A DNA stretch of 64,000 bases. Source: an uncultured Gammaproteobacteria bacterium (lineage in GTDB: Bacteria > Patescibacteriota > Microgenomatia > UBA10105 > UBA927). The position numbers were made by a program, and so were the translations under genes. This document shows, piece after piece, positions 10,081-20,853 of the stretch (its first letter is position 1; each line of letters begins with the position of its first letter). The DNA lies in NCBI GenBank assembly GCA_964629685.1, contig CAZVTT010000004.1, positions 76 to 64,075 of the forward strand, read 5' to 3'. The notes under the pieces were generated by a model. That model made no database searches, was not told the DNA's origin, and was given only the letters and a program-made list of their open reading frames with translations.

Positions 10081-12351
10081 ATGAAGAAGAAATTTGTGGA
10101 ATGGTTTCATGATGTCGATAAAGACGATATAAACAGTGTGGGTGGTAAAGGAGCAAATCTCGGAGAAATGACGCAGGCAGGATTCCCCGTACCACCAGGA
10201 TTTATCATTACATCATGGGCATATTTTCACTTTCTGGAAGTGGATAAACTCAAAACCCGCATTCATGAATTGTTAGAACACCTGGACGTAAACGACAGCG
10301 ATAAACTGGAAGAAGCAGCTGAAAAAGTTCAGAAACTCATTATTCATGCTCGTTTTCCCGAAGACATTGCCAAAGAGGTACTTCATGCATATTTCACCAT
10401 GGAAGGCGGCTTAAAAGAACCGGTTGTTGCAGTACGTTCATCCGCAACTGCAGAAGACTTACCCGGAGCGTCTTTCGCCGGTCAACAATCTACCTATCTT
10501 AACGTCCACGGGGAGGCTAACGTAATAGAGAAAGTAAAGGAGGCCTGGGCCTCGCTGTTTAATGCACGGGCTATTTTTTACCGTGCCACCAATCATTTCG
10601 ACCATTTTAAAGTAGGCATTGCCGTTCCGGTTCAAAAAATGATTGAGTCGGAAATGTCGGGCATTATGTTTACACTTGATCCCGTTACCAACGACAAGCA
10701 CAAAGTAGTTATTGAAGCCATATACGGATTAGGAGAAATGATCGTTCAGGGTGCAGTAACACCTGATCATTACGAAGTAGACAAAAAAACGGACACAATT
10801 ACCAATAAACAGGTACATACCCAGGAAAAAGTAATGGTAAAACGCGGAGAAGGAAATATCGTAAAAGCCATAGAAAAACACGAAGGCAGTAAGCAGAAAT
10901 TAAGCGATGAACAAGTAATAGCCTTAGCCAAAATAGGAAAAAAATTGGAACATCATTATTATTTCCCTCAGGATAGCGAATGGGCTATCGAAAAAAATCA
11001 GATATATATTGTTCAGACAAGACCGGTCACCACTATCGGAAAAGAATCGCACGACAAGCAACACATTATGGCCAAAAAAGAAGTACTGCTGAAGGGTGAC
11101 CCTGCCAGTCCGGGAATGGCCTCCGGTGTCGTTAAAAAATTAAGCAGTGCCAAAGAAATTCATAAAATAAACGCAGGGGACGTTTTGGTTGCCGAGCAGA
11201 CAAATCCTGATTTCGTGCCGGCTATGCGCAAAGCAGTTGCCATTGTTACTGAACGTGGGGGAAGAACTTCTCATGCCGCCATAGTTTCCAGAGAACTGGG
11301 AATTCCGGCGGTAGTTGGGACAGCCGGGGCGCTTAAAGAGTTAAAGGATCATATGGTCATTACCGTAAACGGATCCACCGGAGAAATTTACAAAGGGGCT
11401 GTTATCGAACCGAAACATCCCAGTGCTTCTCCGCTTAATACCGCACCTGCGAGAAAAACAGCTACCAAAGTATATGTAAATTTGGCTGAACCAAGCAGGG
11501 CGGAAGCGGTTTCGAAAATGAATGCGGATGGTGTGGGATTATTGCGGGCGGAATTTATGATTGCGGATATAGGAACACATCCCCGTAAATTAATAGAAGA
11601 GCATAAGCAGAAAGTGTTTATCGAAAATCTCGCCAATAATATTGAAACCTTCTGCAAGGCGTTTTCTCCCAGACCGGTTGTTTACCGGGCTACCGATTTT
11701 AAAACAAATGAATACCGCAATCTTAAAGGCGGTGCAAAGTATGAGCCCGAAGAACCTAATCCCATGCTGGGTTTCCGGGGTGCTGCCCGCTATATTTCCG
11801 ATGACCGCGTTTTTGAAATGGAACTGGAAGCCATAAAAATGGTACGGAATAAAATGGATTTAAAAAACCTGTGGCTCATGATTCCATTTGTACGCAATCC
11901 GAAAGAGTTACTTGACGTAAAAAAAATAGTTGCGGCAAATGGTTTATTACGGTCCGGAACGTTTAAATTATGGATGATGTGCGAAATACCTACGAATGTC
12001 ATTAGCTTAGAAGCATTTCTGGATGTCGGAATCGACGGAATATCCATCGGTTCAAACGATTTAACCATGCTTATGCTCGGTACCGATAGGGATAACAGTG
12101 AAGTCGCTCATGACTTCTCCGAATTGGATCCCTCCGTACTTTGGGCATTCGAAAGGGTCATCCGTACCTGCAGTAAGCGGGGGGTTACCTGTTCCATGTG
12201 CGGACAAGCCCCCTCCGATTATCCTGATTTGGTTGATAAGTTGGTAGAATGGGGTATAACAAGTGTATCCGTTAATCCGGATGCTATTGCGCATGTCCGG
12301 GAAACAGTGGCAAACGCGGAAGAAAAATTGGTAAAGACAAAGCATCTGTAA
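10081..12351 (+). CDS. ppsA: Phosphoenolpyruvate synthase (pyruvate, water dikinase)
   Basis: GGKGANLGEM, phosphohistidine domain GGRTSHAAIVSRELGIP, PEP-utilising C-terminal TIM domain. Confidence 0.9.
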   Translation: MKKKFVEWFHDVDKDDINSVGGKGANLGEMTQAGFPVPPGFIITSWAYFHFLEVDKLKTRIHELLEHLDVNDSDKLEEAAEKVQKLIIHARFPEDIAKEVLHAYFTMEGGLKEPVVAVRSSATAEDLPGASFAGQQSTYLNVHGEANVIEKVKEAWASLFNARAIFYRATNHFDHFKVGIAVPVQKMIESEMSGIMFTLDPVTNDKHKVVIEAIYGLGEMIVQGAVTPDHYEVDKKTDTITNKQVHTQEKVMVKRGEGNIVKAIEKHEGSKQKLSDEQVIALAKIGKKLEHHYYFPQDSEWAIEKNQIYIVQTRPVTTIGKESHDKQHIMAKKEVLLKGDPASPGMASGVVKKLSSAKEIHKINAGDVLVAEQTNPDFVPAMRKAVAIVTERGGRTSHAAIVSRELGIPAVVGTAGALKELKDHMVITVNGSTGEIYKGAVIEPKHPSASPLNTAPARKTATKVYVNLAEPSRAEAVSKMNADGVGLLRAEFMIADIGTHPRKLIEEHKQKVFIENLANNIETFCKAFSPRPVVYRATDFKTNEYRNLKGGAKYEPEEPNPMLGFRGAARYISDDRVFEMELEAIKMVRNKMDLKNLWLMIPFVRNPKELLDVKKIVAANGLLRSGTFKLWMMCEIPTNVISLEAFLDVGIDGISIGSNDLTMLMLGTDRDNSEVAHDFSELDPSVLWAFERVIRTCSKRGVTCSMCGQAPSDYPDLVDKLVEWGITSVSVNPDAIAHVRETVANAEEKLVKTKHL

Positions 12352-12375
12352 GGAGGCTGTAGTTCTGTCCGGACA

Positions 12376-13662
12376 GTGTATGCCATGAATCCTAGTTCAA
12401 AAATTTATACTGCAATTGCCCGCGAGATATTAGATTCTCGAGGTATTCCCACAGTAGAAACAACAGTTATTCTTGAAAGCGGGTATAGGGGTACCGCTTC
12501 AGTACCGGCCGGAGCAATCCGCGGTAAATACGAAGCGGTAGAATTGCGGGATGAGGATAAAAAAAGATATAACGGAATGGGCGTACTGAAAGCCGTAAAT
12601 AACGTTAATACCGTAATCGGTCCGAAGTTAAAAGGATTGGACGCCCTGAATCAGAAAGCGGTTGATCAGGCAATGCTTGCCTTGGACGGAACCCCAAACA
12701 AAGAAGTAATGGGAGCAAACGCCATACTCAGTGTTTCTCAGGCTACTGCTGTAGCCGCCGCCGCACATACACGACAGCCTCTTTATCTGTATCTGAATCA
12801 ATTGGCCAGCGCAACCATGCCTACGAAAATAGAGCGCATGCCCACACCGACATTAAACCTGATTAACGGCGGATTGCATGGGGCGGGAAATCTGGATTTC
12901 CAGGAATTTCATGTGGTACCGGCAACCAATAAGCCATACCACTTAGCACTCGAAATGGGTGAGGAAATTTACCAGTCGGTAAAACAGATTCTCGTATATC
13001 GAAATGCCATTCATTCGGTGGGAGACGAGGGTGGATTTGCCCCCAATCTCTTTACTAATCTGGACGCGTTAGAAGTACTGACCGAAGCGATTCGGGCTAC
13101 ACATTATCGAATTGGGGTTGATGTGTTTCTGGGACTGGATGTAGCGGCAACACATTTTAAAAAACAAAGCGGATATGAAATCAAAGATCGACCAACCGCA
13201 TTCAATTCTCATGAATTTGTAGCATATCTGAAAGAACTCCATGCAAAATACAGATTATTACTTTTAGAAGATCCGTTGGAAGAAGACGACTGGTCCGGAT
13301 GGACGGAACTCGTAAAAGAACTCGGACAGGAAGTGCTTATCGTAGGAGATGATTTACTGGCAACAAACCTTCAGCGATTACAAAAAGCCATTCAGGAAAA
13401 AGCGTGTTCAGCGATATTATTAAAACCAAATCAATCGGGTACCATGACGGAGTTTTTCGATGTAGTAACCGCAGCCAAGAAGCATGACATCAGGTGCATT
13501 ACATCTCACCGGAGCGGTGAAACGAATGACACGTTCATAGCGGATTTAGCTGTCGCAATTCAATCGGATTACGTAAAATTTGGTGCACCCGCGCGCGGAG
13601 AACGCGTTGCAAAGTATAACCGGTTGTTACAGATCGAAGCGGAATTATTCCCGCAACGGTAA
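12376..13662 (+). CDS. eno: Enolase
   Basis: SRGIPTVE, SHRSGETNDTFIADLAVA, LLKPNQSGT signatures. Confidence 0.9.
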   Translation: MYAMNPSSKIYTAIAREILDSRGIPTVETTVILESGYRGTASVPAGAIRGKYEAVELRDEDKKRYNGMGVLKAVNNVNTVIGPKLKGLDALNQKAVDQAMLALDGTPNKEVMGANAILSVSQATAVAAAAHTRQPLYLYLNQLASATMPTKIERMPTPTLNLINGGLHGAGNLDFQEFHVVPATNKPYHLALEMGEEIYQSVKQILVYRNAIHSVGDEGGFAPNLFTNLDALEVLTEAIRATHYRIGVDVFLGLDVAATHFKKQSGYEIKDRPTAFNSHEFVAYLKELHAKYRLLLLEDPLEEDDWSGWTELVKELGQEVLIVGDDLLATNLQRLQKAIQEKACSAILLKPNQSGTMTEFFDVVTAAKKHDIRCITSHRSGETNDTFIADLAVAIQSDYVKFGAPARGERVAKYNRLLQIEAELFPQR

Positions 13663-13685
13663 TTCGTACCAGAATAGTCCTGCCT

Positions 13686-15332
13686 ATGATGAAACCTATC
13701 GTATTGATCGTTATGGATGGTTGGGGTATTGCCCCTCCCGGGCCAGGTAATGCCATATCATTGGCAAAAATAACCAACGTACCACGGTACTGGATTTCCT
13801 ACCCGCATACCCAAGTATCAGCATCAGGAGAAGCCGTGGGACTTCCTAACGGTGAAGACGGGAATACGGAAACAGGTCATATAAACTTAGGCGCTGGAAG
13901 AGTAGTTTATCAGGATTTACCCCGTATAAATTTAGCAATTGCAGACGGCAGTTTTTTCCGCAACGAAGCGTTGCTCAGTGCGCTGAAATACGCGGCTTCA
14001 CACAATAGTAATCTGCATATCATGGGACTTATCGGAGACGGCGGAGTACATTCAAGCAAAGAACATCTCCATGCACTTCTGGCCATGGTAAAACAAACGA
14101 ATATCTGTCCGAATGTTTACCTCCATTTATTTACCGACGGTCGGGATAGTCCGCCTAAGGCGGGAAGCCGTTTCGTAGCGGAAACGGAAGCCAAGTGTAA
14201 CGAACTGGGAGTAGGTAAAATTGCCACGGTCATGGGGAGATATTATGCCATGGATAGGGATCGCAGGTGGGAAAGAACGGAGAAAGCATATGTAGCTCTT
14301 ACCCAACAGATAGACAGAGCAGCTCCTTCGGCCAGTGCTGCAGTAGAGAAAGGGTATGCGGAAGGAAAAACAGACGAATTTATTGAACCGACACTCGTAC
14401 TTGACCCATCAGGAAAACCGTACCCGCGCATCGCTAACTATGATGCAGTAATATTCTTTAATTTCAGAATAGACCGTCCCCGTCAGATTACCAAGGCTTT
14501 CGTGTTACAGGATTTTGAAACCCATTCTACCGAAACCGCTTTTGATCCGTATGCGGTAAAGTATTACCACAAACATCTGGTGGAAGCAGACAGCCGTTTG
14601 ACCCCGTTTACCAGAAAAGTAATCCTACCGGATATTTTTTTTGTGACCATGACGGAATACGAACGGAATCTACCCTGTGTAATCGCATACCCTCCACAGC
14701 CGGTAAAATCCCCCCTGGGTAGTATATTTGCCGATCTCGGACACCGGCAACTAAGAATGGCAGAAACGGAAAAAGAACGATTTGTAACGTATTATTTTAA
14801 CGGTATGCGGGAAGTACCTTTTCCCGGAGAAGACCGCCTGATAGTACCGTCTGCCAAAGTCGCGACATATGACCTTAAACCCGAAATGTCCGCCGTCGAG
14901 TTAACAGACAAGCTGATAGACAGGGTATCCATCGGGGTGTACTCATTTATTCTTATTAATTTTGCAAATGCCGACATGGTCGGGCACACCGGGAACATTC
15001 CCGCAGCGGTTAAAGCGGTAGAAACGCTTGATGCCTGCATCGGACGCGTTATCAGCGCAGTTATGTCGATCGGAGGCACTTGCGTCATAACCGCAGACCA
15101 TGGTAACGTAGAAGAAATGCTGGGTCCGAATGGTGAAATGGACACCGAGCATTCGACGTTTCCCGTACCACTCATGATCATTGATCACGCTTTCGATAAT
15201 TACCCCCAAATACTTCCTTCCGGGAAGCTAGCAGATATTGCTCCTACCATCCTCGCCTTACGAAAAATTCCAATACCTCCCACAATGACAGGGAGAAATT
15301 TATTAATCGACGCAATGCCGAGAGGAGGATAG
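13686..15332 (+). CDS. gpmI: 2,3-bisphosphoglycerate-independent phosphoglycerate mutase
   Basis: IVMDGWGI, TETGHINLGAGR, ADHGN motifs. Confidence 0.9.
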   Translation: MMKPIVLIVMDGWGIAPPGPGNAISLAKITNVPRYWISYPHTQVSASGEAVGLPNGEDGNTETGHINLGAGRVVYQDLPRINLAIADGSFFRNEALLSALKYAASHNSNLHIMGLIGDGGVHSSKEHLHALLAMVKQTNICPNVYLHLFTDGRDSPPKAGSRFVAETEAKCNELGVGKIATVMGRYYAMDRDRRWERTEKAYVALTQQIDRAAPSASAAVEKGYAEGKTDEFIEPTLVLDPSGKPYPRIANYDAVIFFNFRIDRPRQITKAFVLQDFETHSTETAFDPYAVKYYHKHLVEADSRLTPFTRKVILPDIFFVTMTEYERNLPCVIAYPPQPVKSPLGSIFADLGHRQLRMAETEKERFVTYYFNGMREVPFPGEDRLIVPSAKVATYDLKPEMSAVELTDKLIDRVSIGVYSFILINFANADMVGHTGNIPAAVKAVETLDACIGRVISAVMSIGGTCVITADHGNVEEMLGPNGEMDTEHSTFPVPLMIIDHAFDNYPQILPSGKLADIAPTILALRKIPIPPTMTGRNLLIDAMPRGG

Positions 15333-15334
15333 TT

Positions 15335-16441
15335 ATGAAAGTTACTATTTCCGTAATTAAAGCCGATACGGGCTCAGTGGGTGGTCATAATAAACCGAGT
15401 GATGCAATGGTAGCCAAAGCTAAAGAGCAGATAGCCGGTGCAATTCAAAACGGTATGCTCACTGACGGTCGGGTTACCTTTACCGGTGATGACATCGCCT
15501 TACTCATGGTTCACACGAAAGGGGTAGATAATCCCGACATCCATAAGTTTGCCTGGGATACATTTGTGGAGACCACAAAAATAGCCAAGTCTCAGGGACT
15601 CTATGGCGCCGGCCAAGACCTTTTAAAAGACGCATTTTCCGGCAATGTGCGCGGAATGGGTCCGGGATCAGCCGAAATTGAATTGGAAGAACGGCCAGCC
15701 GAACCGTTTATGGTGTTTGCGGCCGATAAATGCGGCCCTGGTGTATTTAATTACCCTTTGTTCGAAGCATTCGCCAGTCCCTATCACAACGCAGGACTAT
15801 TATTGGCACCGGAAATGAACGCCGGATTTACGTTTACCATCATGGATGTAAATAACACGGATGCCGATAGGGTCATAACCCTTAAAGTGCCGCAGGATTA
15901 TTATGACCTGTGTACTTTATTACGCGATCCGAATCATTATGTGATTGAAAGTGTCGTGGAAAATGCTACCGGACTGACCGCCTCGGTCGCATCTACCAGC
16001 CGGCTGCACAATATTTCCGGCAAATATGTCGGAAAAGACGATCCGGTGGCTATTGTCCGAACACAAAAGCAATTTCCTTCTACCGGAGAAATATTGTCAC
16101 CCTGGGCTTTAGCACATTACACACTGGGTGATAATCGGGGATCACATCATGTCGCAGTTATGCCGGTAAAACAAAATACGATCATTTCCTATTTTGACGG
16201 TCCGACAATAGTTTCTGCGGCCGGATATTGTGTACACGAAGGAAAACTTACGGAAGCCGTAGATTACTTTGATCAGCCATTCTGGGACGTGATTAGGGAA
16301 AAAGCTTCACTGAAAACGCTGGAAATGCGTGCACAAGGCTTTTACGGACCAAGCATGGCAGGTATGGACGAGCTTGAATACACCGGAGTTATGAAAAACT
16401 TAGAAAGACTAAATGAAAAATTTCAGGTTCGAGGTAAATAA
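15335..16441 (+). CDS. fbp: Bifunctional fructose-1,6-bisphosphate aldolase/phosphatase (FBPase class V, archaeal-type)
   Basis: ISVIKADTGSVGGH, LLMVHTKGVDNPDIHKFAWDTF, LYGAGQDLLKD closely match FBP aldolase/phosphatase family. Confidence 0.85.
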   Translation: MKVTISVIKADTGSVGGHNKPSDAMVAKAKEQIAGAIQNGMLTDGRVTFTGDDIALLMVHTKGVDNPDIHKFAWDTFVETTKIAKSQGLYGAGQDLLKDAFSGNVRGMGPGSAEIELEERPAEPFMVFAADKCGPGVFNYPLFEAFASPYHNAGLLLAPEMNAGFTFTIMDVNNTDADRVITLKVPQDYYDLCTLLRDPNHYVIESVVENATGLTASVASTSRLHNISGKYVGKDDPVAIVRTQKQFPSTGEILSPWALAHYTLGDNRGSHHVAVMPVKQNTIISYFDGPTIVSAAGYCVHEGKLTEAVDYFDQPFWDVIREKASLKTLEMRAQGFYGPSMAGMDELEYTGVMKNLERLNEKFQVRGK

Positions 16442-16443
16442 TT

Positions 16444-18177
16444 ATGAATGCACCAGTTGAAACAATTACCAAAGATCTTTCCAAGCTTAAGGTAGCACCA
16501 TTTTTGTCAGATTACGCCAAAACAGCTGACAGTGCTCCCTGGGAAGGTATAAAAGGCGAGTTGTCATGGTTTGACGACGGGGGCGTAAATCTGGCGTTCA
16601 ACGCCGTTGACCGGCATGTAGGCACCCCTACTGAACAGAAAACTGCATTAATTTGGGAAGGCGATAATGGAAATACTTCCCACTACACGTTCGGTGAGTT
16701 GTCCAGGCTCTCCAACCAATATGCAAATTTCCTGACATCGCTCGGTATTCAAAAGGGTGATAGGGTATTCCTTTTTCTGCCCCGCATACCGGTTATGTAT
16801 GCGGCATTTTTAGGAACACTCAAAACTGGTGCGGTGGCAGGAACCATGTTTAGCGCATTCCAGGAACAGGCACTTTTTGACCGTTTGGAAAATAGCGGAG
16901 CAAAGGTATTGTTTACTACCAAGGAACTCTTCGAACGGGTATCTAAAGTGAAGGATAAACTTCCTAACCTAAAAGAAATCTGTATCGTGGACAGTCCGGA
17001 ATTTCTCGGCGGAATAGCTAAACAATCGGAACAATTTGCCTGTGTACACACCAAACCTGAGGATTATTCCTTTATGCTCTATACGTCAGGTACCACCGGA
17101 AAACCGAAAGGGGTTGTGCATAGACACCAGGATATTTATCACCAATACCTTACAACAAAATGGGTACTGGATTTACATCCGGATGATATTTACTGGTGCA
17201 CTGCAGATCCAGGCTGGGTAACCGGAATCGTTTACGGAATTTTGGGTCCCTGGATGCACGGGGTCACTATGGTGGTACACGCCGGACGATTTGATCCGGA
17301 AGTATGGTACGGAATACTGGAAAAATACAAAGTAACAGTGTGGTACACAGCCCCCACGGCAGTTCGCATGCTAATGGCCAAGGGAGACGAGGCAGTAAAG
17401 AACCATAACCTTACAAGTTTACGGCACCTTTGCAGTGTTGGTGAACCGTTAAATCCTGAGGCTATCCGTTGGGGTATGAAAGTATTCGGTCTACCCTTCC
17501 ATGATACGTGGTGGCAGACAGAAACCGGCGGCATGATGATTTGCAATTACGCGGCGTTGGACATAAAAGTCGGCGCAATGGGAAAGCCATTTCCCGGTAT
17601 AGTTGCGGGAATTGTGGATGATGAGGGGAAACCTGTTCCGGACGGCTCAGAGGGTAACCTGGCTTTTAAACCCACCTGGCCTTCGATAATGGCAACCGTT
17701 TGGGAAAACCAAAAAAAATATGATTCATATTTTGTAAACGGTTGGTATATTTCCGGCGACCATGCGTGGAAGGATCCCGATGGATATTTTTGGTTTATCG
17801 GCCGGGCAGATGACGTGATAAAAACGTCAGGTGAACGGGTCGGACCGTTTGAAGTCGAATCAGCTCTGGTTGAGCATCCTGCGGTTGCTGAAGCAGGTGT
17901 AATCGGAAAACCGGATGATGTCAGAGGTGAAATCATTAAAGCCTTTGTGGTTTTACGTGATCCTAAGAAATACGCCAATGAAGATGCCAAAAATCAGCTT
18001 ATTGCCGAACTCCAGGAGCATGTCAAAAAACATTTGGCAGGACATGCGTATCCGCGGGAGATAGGGTTTATCGACAAACTTCCAAAAACCCGTTCCGGCA
18101 AAATAATGCGGCGGATTCTGAAGGCACAGGAACTCGGACAACCGATAGGAGATACGTCCACATTGGAAGAATACTAG
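16444..18177 (+). CDS. acs: AMP-forming acetyl/acyl-CoA synthetase
   Basis: YTSGTTGKPKGV AMP-binding motif, WWQTETG, C-terminal SGKIMRR. Confidence 0.8.
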   Translation: MNAPVETITKDLSKLKVAPFLSDYAKTADSAPWEGIKGELSWFDDGGVNLAFNAVDRHVGTPTEQKTALIWEGDNGNTSHYTFGELSRLSNQYANFLTSLGIQKGDRVFLFLPRIPVMYAAFLGTLKTGAVAGTMFSAFQEQALFDRLENSGAKVLFTTKELFERVSKVKDKLPNLKEICIVDSPEFLGGIAKQSEQFACVHTKPEDYSFMLYTSGTTGKPKGVVHRHQDIYHQYLTTKWVLDLHPDDIYWCTADPGWVTGIVYGILGPWMHGVTMVVHAGRFDPEVWYGILEKYKVTVWYTAPTAVRMLMAKGDEAVKNHNLTSLRHLCSVGEPLNPEAIRWGMKVFGLPFHDTWWQTETGGMMICNYAALDIKVGAMGKPFPGIVAGIVDDEGKPVPDGSEGNLAFKPTWPSIMATVWENQKKYDSYFVNGWYISGDHAWKDPDGYFWFIGRADDVIKTSGERVGPFEVESALVEHPAVAEAGVIGKPDDVRGEIIKAFVVLRDPKKYANEDAKNQLIAELQEHVKKHLAGHAYPREIGFIDKLPKTRSGKIMRRILKAQELGQPIGDTSTLEEY

Positions 18178-18195
18178 TCCCGTAGTCAAAACGAC

Positions 18196-18230
18196 GCCCC
18201 GGAAAGTAATCTGATGATTCTTCCCGGGGC
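18196..18230. terminator. Hairpin GCCCCGG-N21-CCGGGGC between convergent genes (possible bidirectional terminator)
   Basis: 7-bp perfect inverted repeat in the acs / membrane-protein convergent gap; no strong T tract. Confidence 0.25.
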
Positions 18231-18264
18231 ATGTAGCCCGAGCATACGTCAGCCACTGGACGAT

Positions 18265-18624
18265 TTAGGTACTTATCGCGGACATTCCGTATTCGAGTAT
18301 TGTTCCACCCCCGACCAGCCATCCGACGCTGAACAGGAATAAAATACCCCAATCGGAATTACGGAACACAATCAATCCCAACCATAGCACTACCGGCATA
18401 AGGATTACCGTTGCCAGTCCGACGGTTAATACATGATTATCAGAAACACCCCGCAGGCGGGTAGCTGTTTGCGTAGCCCCGTAGACAGCTCCGGCAACAA
18501 TCAACACTACCACCACCCACAGAGGTGAAACCGACCCACCGACCAACCAGATACTGGCGAGCGATACTGCCGATGCCAGCAAAGCTGCCAGTATGAGGAA
18601 TACTATCCTTTGCGTATTGGACAT
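18265..18624 (-). CDS. Small membrane protein, unknown function
   Basis: 119-aa ORF, 3-4 hydrophobic helices, RBS GGAGG upstream on minus strand. Confidence 0.4.
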   Translation of the reverse strand: MSNTQRIVFLILAALLASAVSLASIWLVGGSVSPLWVVVVLIVAGAVYGATQTATRLRGVSDNHVLTVGLATVILMPVVLWLGLIVFRNSDWGILFLFSVGWLVGGGTILEYGMSAIST

Positions 18625-18752
18625 ACCGTTTCCTCCGTTGCTTTATTCCTGGGCTGACGTATAAAAGAGCTGAAATCCTGATGCGTACGCTTCAATGCGG
18701 TCATCGATGCACGCGGCTATAGTATAAAAGATATCGGAAAAGGGAGGAAGCG

Positions 18753-19466
18753 TTAAGAATTTAGTCTAAACAGCAGCACAAATTCGCCTTTAGGTTCGAC
18801 ATAACGCTTTAGTGCTTCGGAAATACTGCCCCGCCATATTTCTTCATGAATTTTAGTAAGTTCGCGGGCTATCACAATTTCGCTGTTACCTAACTCTGAC
18901 TGCATATCCGCAAGGGTCTGCAGCAGTTTGTACGGCGATACATAACATATATACGTAGGGGAAATATGAGGTTCAATCAATTTAAGCTTTGCAAAAAATT
19001 TTAGCCGGTGCGAGGGTTTTTCCGGAGGAAACCCAAGAAACATCCAATTCGTCGCCGGTAAGCCTGATGCCGTTAACGCCGTTAATACGGCGGATGCTCC
19101 GGGGATACTTACCACCCGTATTCCCCGTTTCAGTGATTCCCGGATTAACAAGAATCCGGGGTCAGCAATAGCAGGTGTACCCGCATCCGTAACGAGAGCG
19201 ATGGATTGCCCCCGCTGTAATCTATCGATAAGTTCAGGCACGACGGTGAGCTCCACATGATCGTCGTACCGGATAAACATATCTTCTTCCGGCTTATCTA
19301 TTCCTAAAAACCCGTCGAACCGCTCGTGTAAGCCCGCCAGGAGCTGACCCGTATGTCGCGTATCTTCACAGGCTATTACATCTACGCTAAACAACGTTTT
19401 TACCGCGCGCAGCGTTATATCTTCCAAATTTCCGATCGGAGTTGACACACAATAAAGCGTTCCCAT
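18753..19466 (-). CDS. rsmI: 16S rRNA (cytidine1402-2'-O)-methyltransferase
   Basis: YCVSTPIGNLEDITLRAVKTL...ACEDTRHTGQLL tetrapyrrole-methylase-like N-terminus; start moved to MGTLY (19466). Confidence 0.8.
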   Translation of the reverse strand: MGTLYCVSTPIGNLEDITLRAVKTLFSVDVIACEDTRHTGQLLAGLHERFDGFLGIDKPEEDMFIRYDDHVELTVVPELIDRLQRGQSIALVTDAGTPAIADPGFLLIRESLKRGIRVVSIPGASAVLTALTASGLPATNWMFLGFPPEKPSHRLKFFAKLKLIEPHISPTYICYVSPYKLLQTLADMQSELGNSEIVIARELTKIHEEIWRGSISEALKRYVEPKGEFVLLFRLNS

Positions 19467-19519
19467 ACAATAATATTCATTATTATAGCGCATATTCATG
19501 CGCATGTTTTTTTTATACT

Positions 19520-20200
19520 ATGCTAGGACTTGAAGTATTTTTAAAACCGGAATTGCTGATACATTCTTTAGGATTGGTAGGCGTATTCGCCGTAATATTC
19601 GCGGAATCGGGATTATTTTTCGGATTTTTCCTCCCCGGTGACAGTTTGTTGTTTACCGCAGGAGTATTTGCTTCACAGGGACTCATATCATTTCCCGCGC
19701 TCATGGTGGCTACATTTGTTGCTGCTGTTCTGGGTGATAATGTCGGGTACTGGTTTGGTCATACGGTTGGAGAAAAGATATTTGAACGGGAAAGTTCACG
19801 TTTTTTCAAAAAACATCATCTGGAAGAAGCAAAACGCTTTTATGAAACAAATGGAAATAAAACCATAGTCATGGCCCGTTTCGTCCCGTTTGTGCGTACC
19901 TTCGCTCCAATTGTGGCCGGTGCCGCGAAAATGCCGTACCACACATTTATGATGTATAACATCATAGGTGGTCTTCTCTGGGCAGTAGGATTATCCGCGA
20001 TGGGATACTTTCTGGGTAACATCCCGTTCGTAAAACACAATTATGAAATCGTTATTCTCTTAATAGTCGTCGGCTCCATTCTTCCCGTTGTCTGGCACTT
20101 TATGAAAGATGAAGAAAAACGTAAAGCGTTACATCACAAAATCCGTCACCTTCACCACAGACTCCGGGGAAAAAAGATTACCCAGGAATCCGATAAATAA
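19520..20200 (+). CDS. DedA/SNARE-associated family membrane protein
   Basis: FAESGLFFGFFLPGDSLLFTAG DedA signature; start at MLGLEV (19520) rather than ORF-track 19442. Confidence 0.75.
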   Translation: MLGLEVFLKPELLIHSLGLVGVFAVIFAESGLFFGFFLPGDSLLFTAGVFASQGLISFPALMVATFVAAVLGDNVGYWFGHTVGEKIFERESSRFFKKHHLEEAKRFYETNGNKTIVMARFVPFVRTFAPIVAGAAKMPYHTFMMYNIIGGLLWAVGLSAMGYFLGNIPFVKHNYEIVILLIVVGSILPVVWHFMKDEEKRKALHHKIRHLHHRLRGKKITQESDK

Positions 20201-20203
20201 CGT

Positions 20204-20830
20204 TTATACGGTATAGCGGCGGATTAACCCCACGACCTTACCCTGTATTTTAACGTGAGTAGTAAAAATTGGTGTCATTTGCGCATTTGCCGGCATAAGT
20301 TTAATTCTGTCTTTTTCAAAATATATTCTTTTTAGTGTCGCCAATCCATTCGGCAACAGAGCCACAACAATATCACCGCTTTTCGCATCCTGTTGGTGTT
20401 GCACCACCACAAAATCTCCATCCATAATTCCGTCATCAATCATGGACGTTCCTTTTACCTGAAGAATATATCCCGGCTTGTTGGCGGTTATCATGCCGGG
20501 CGCTACGGACATATAGAAATTCGGATCAGTATACGGTTCTAACGGCGATCCGGCAGCTATATACCCCAAAACCGGCAATTCTACCGACATTTGCGTATCC
20601 GAAGATCTATATGCGTCCTTAATAACTTCTATTCCACGTGCTGTTCCGTCAAGCTTTTTTATAAATCCTTTCAGGCGTAATTTATCTATATGCTCATGAA
20701 CAGTTGCGGGTGAACCCATACCCATTGCCGTTCCGATTTCTTTTAAGGTTGGTGCATATCCGAACCGTTGAATAAATTGCGTGATAAAATCAAGTAACTG
20801 GCGTTCTCTTGGATATAATACTGGTGGCAT
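20204..20830 (-). CDS. lexA: LexA repressor
   Basis: N-terminal wHTH, cleavage site VLGYIAAG, S24 peptidase Ser (KGTSM) and Lys; strong RBS AAGGAGG before ATG at 20830. Confidence 0.85.
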   Translation of the reverse strand: MPPVLYPRERQLLDFITQFIQRFGYAPTLKEIGTAMGMGSPATVHEHIDKLRLKGFIKKLDGTARGIEVIKDAYRSSDTQMSVELPVLGYIAAGSPLEPYTDPNFYMSVAPGMITANKPGYILQVKGTSMIDDGIMDGDFVVVQHQQDAKSGDIVVALLPNGLATLKRIYFEKDRIKLMPANAQMTPIFTTHVKIQGKVVGLIRRYTV

Positions 20831-20853
20831 AATCCTCCTTATTAACAAATACC

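Noticed and set aside
19505-19525. TATACT immediately abutting the DedA ATG as a leaderless promoter
   Set aside because: No spacing between the hexamer and ATG; inconsistent with the 7-8-nt geometry seen at the other leaderless candidates.
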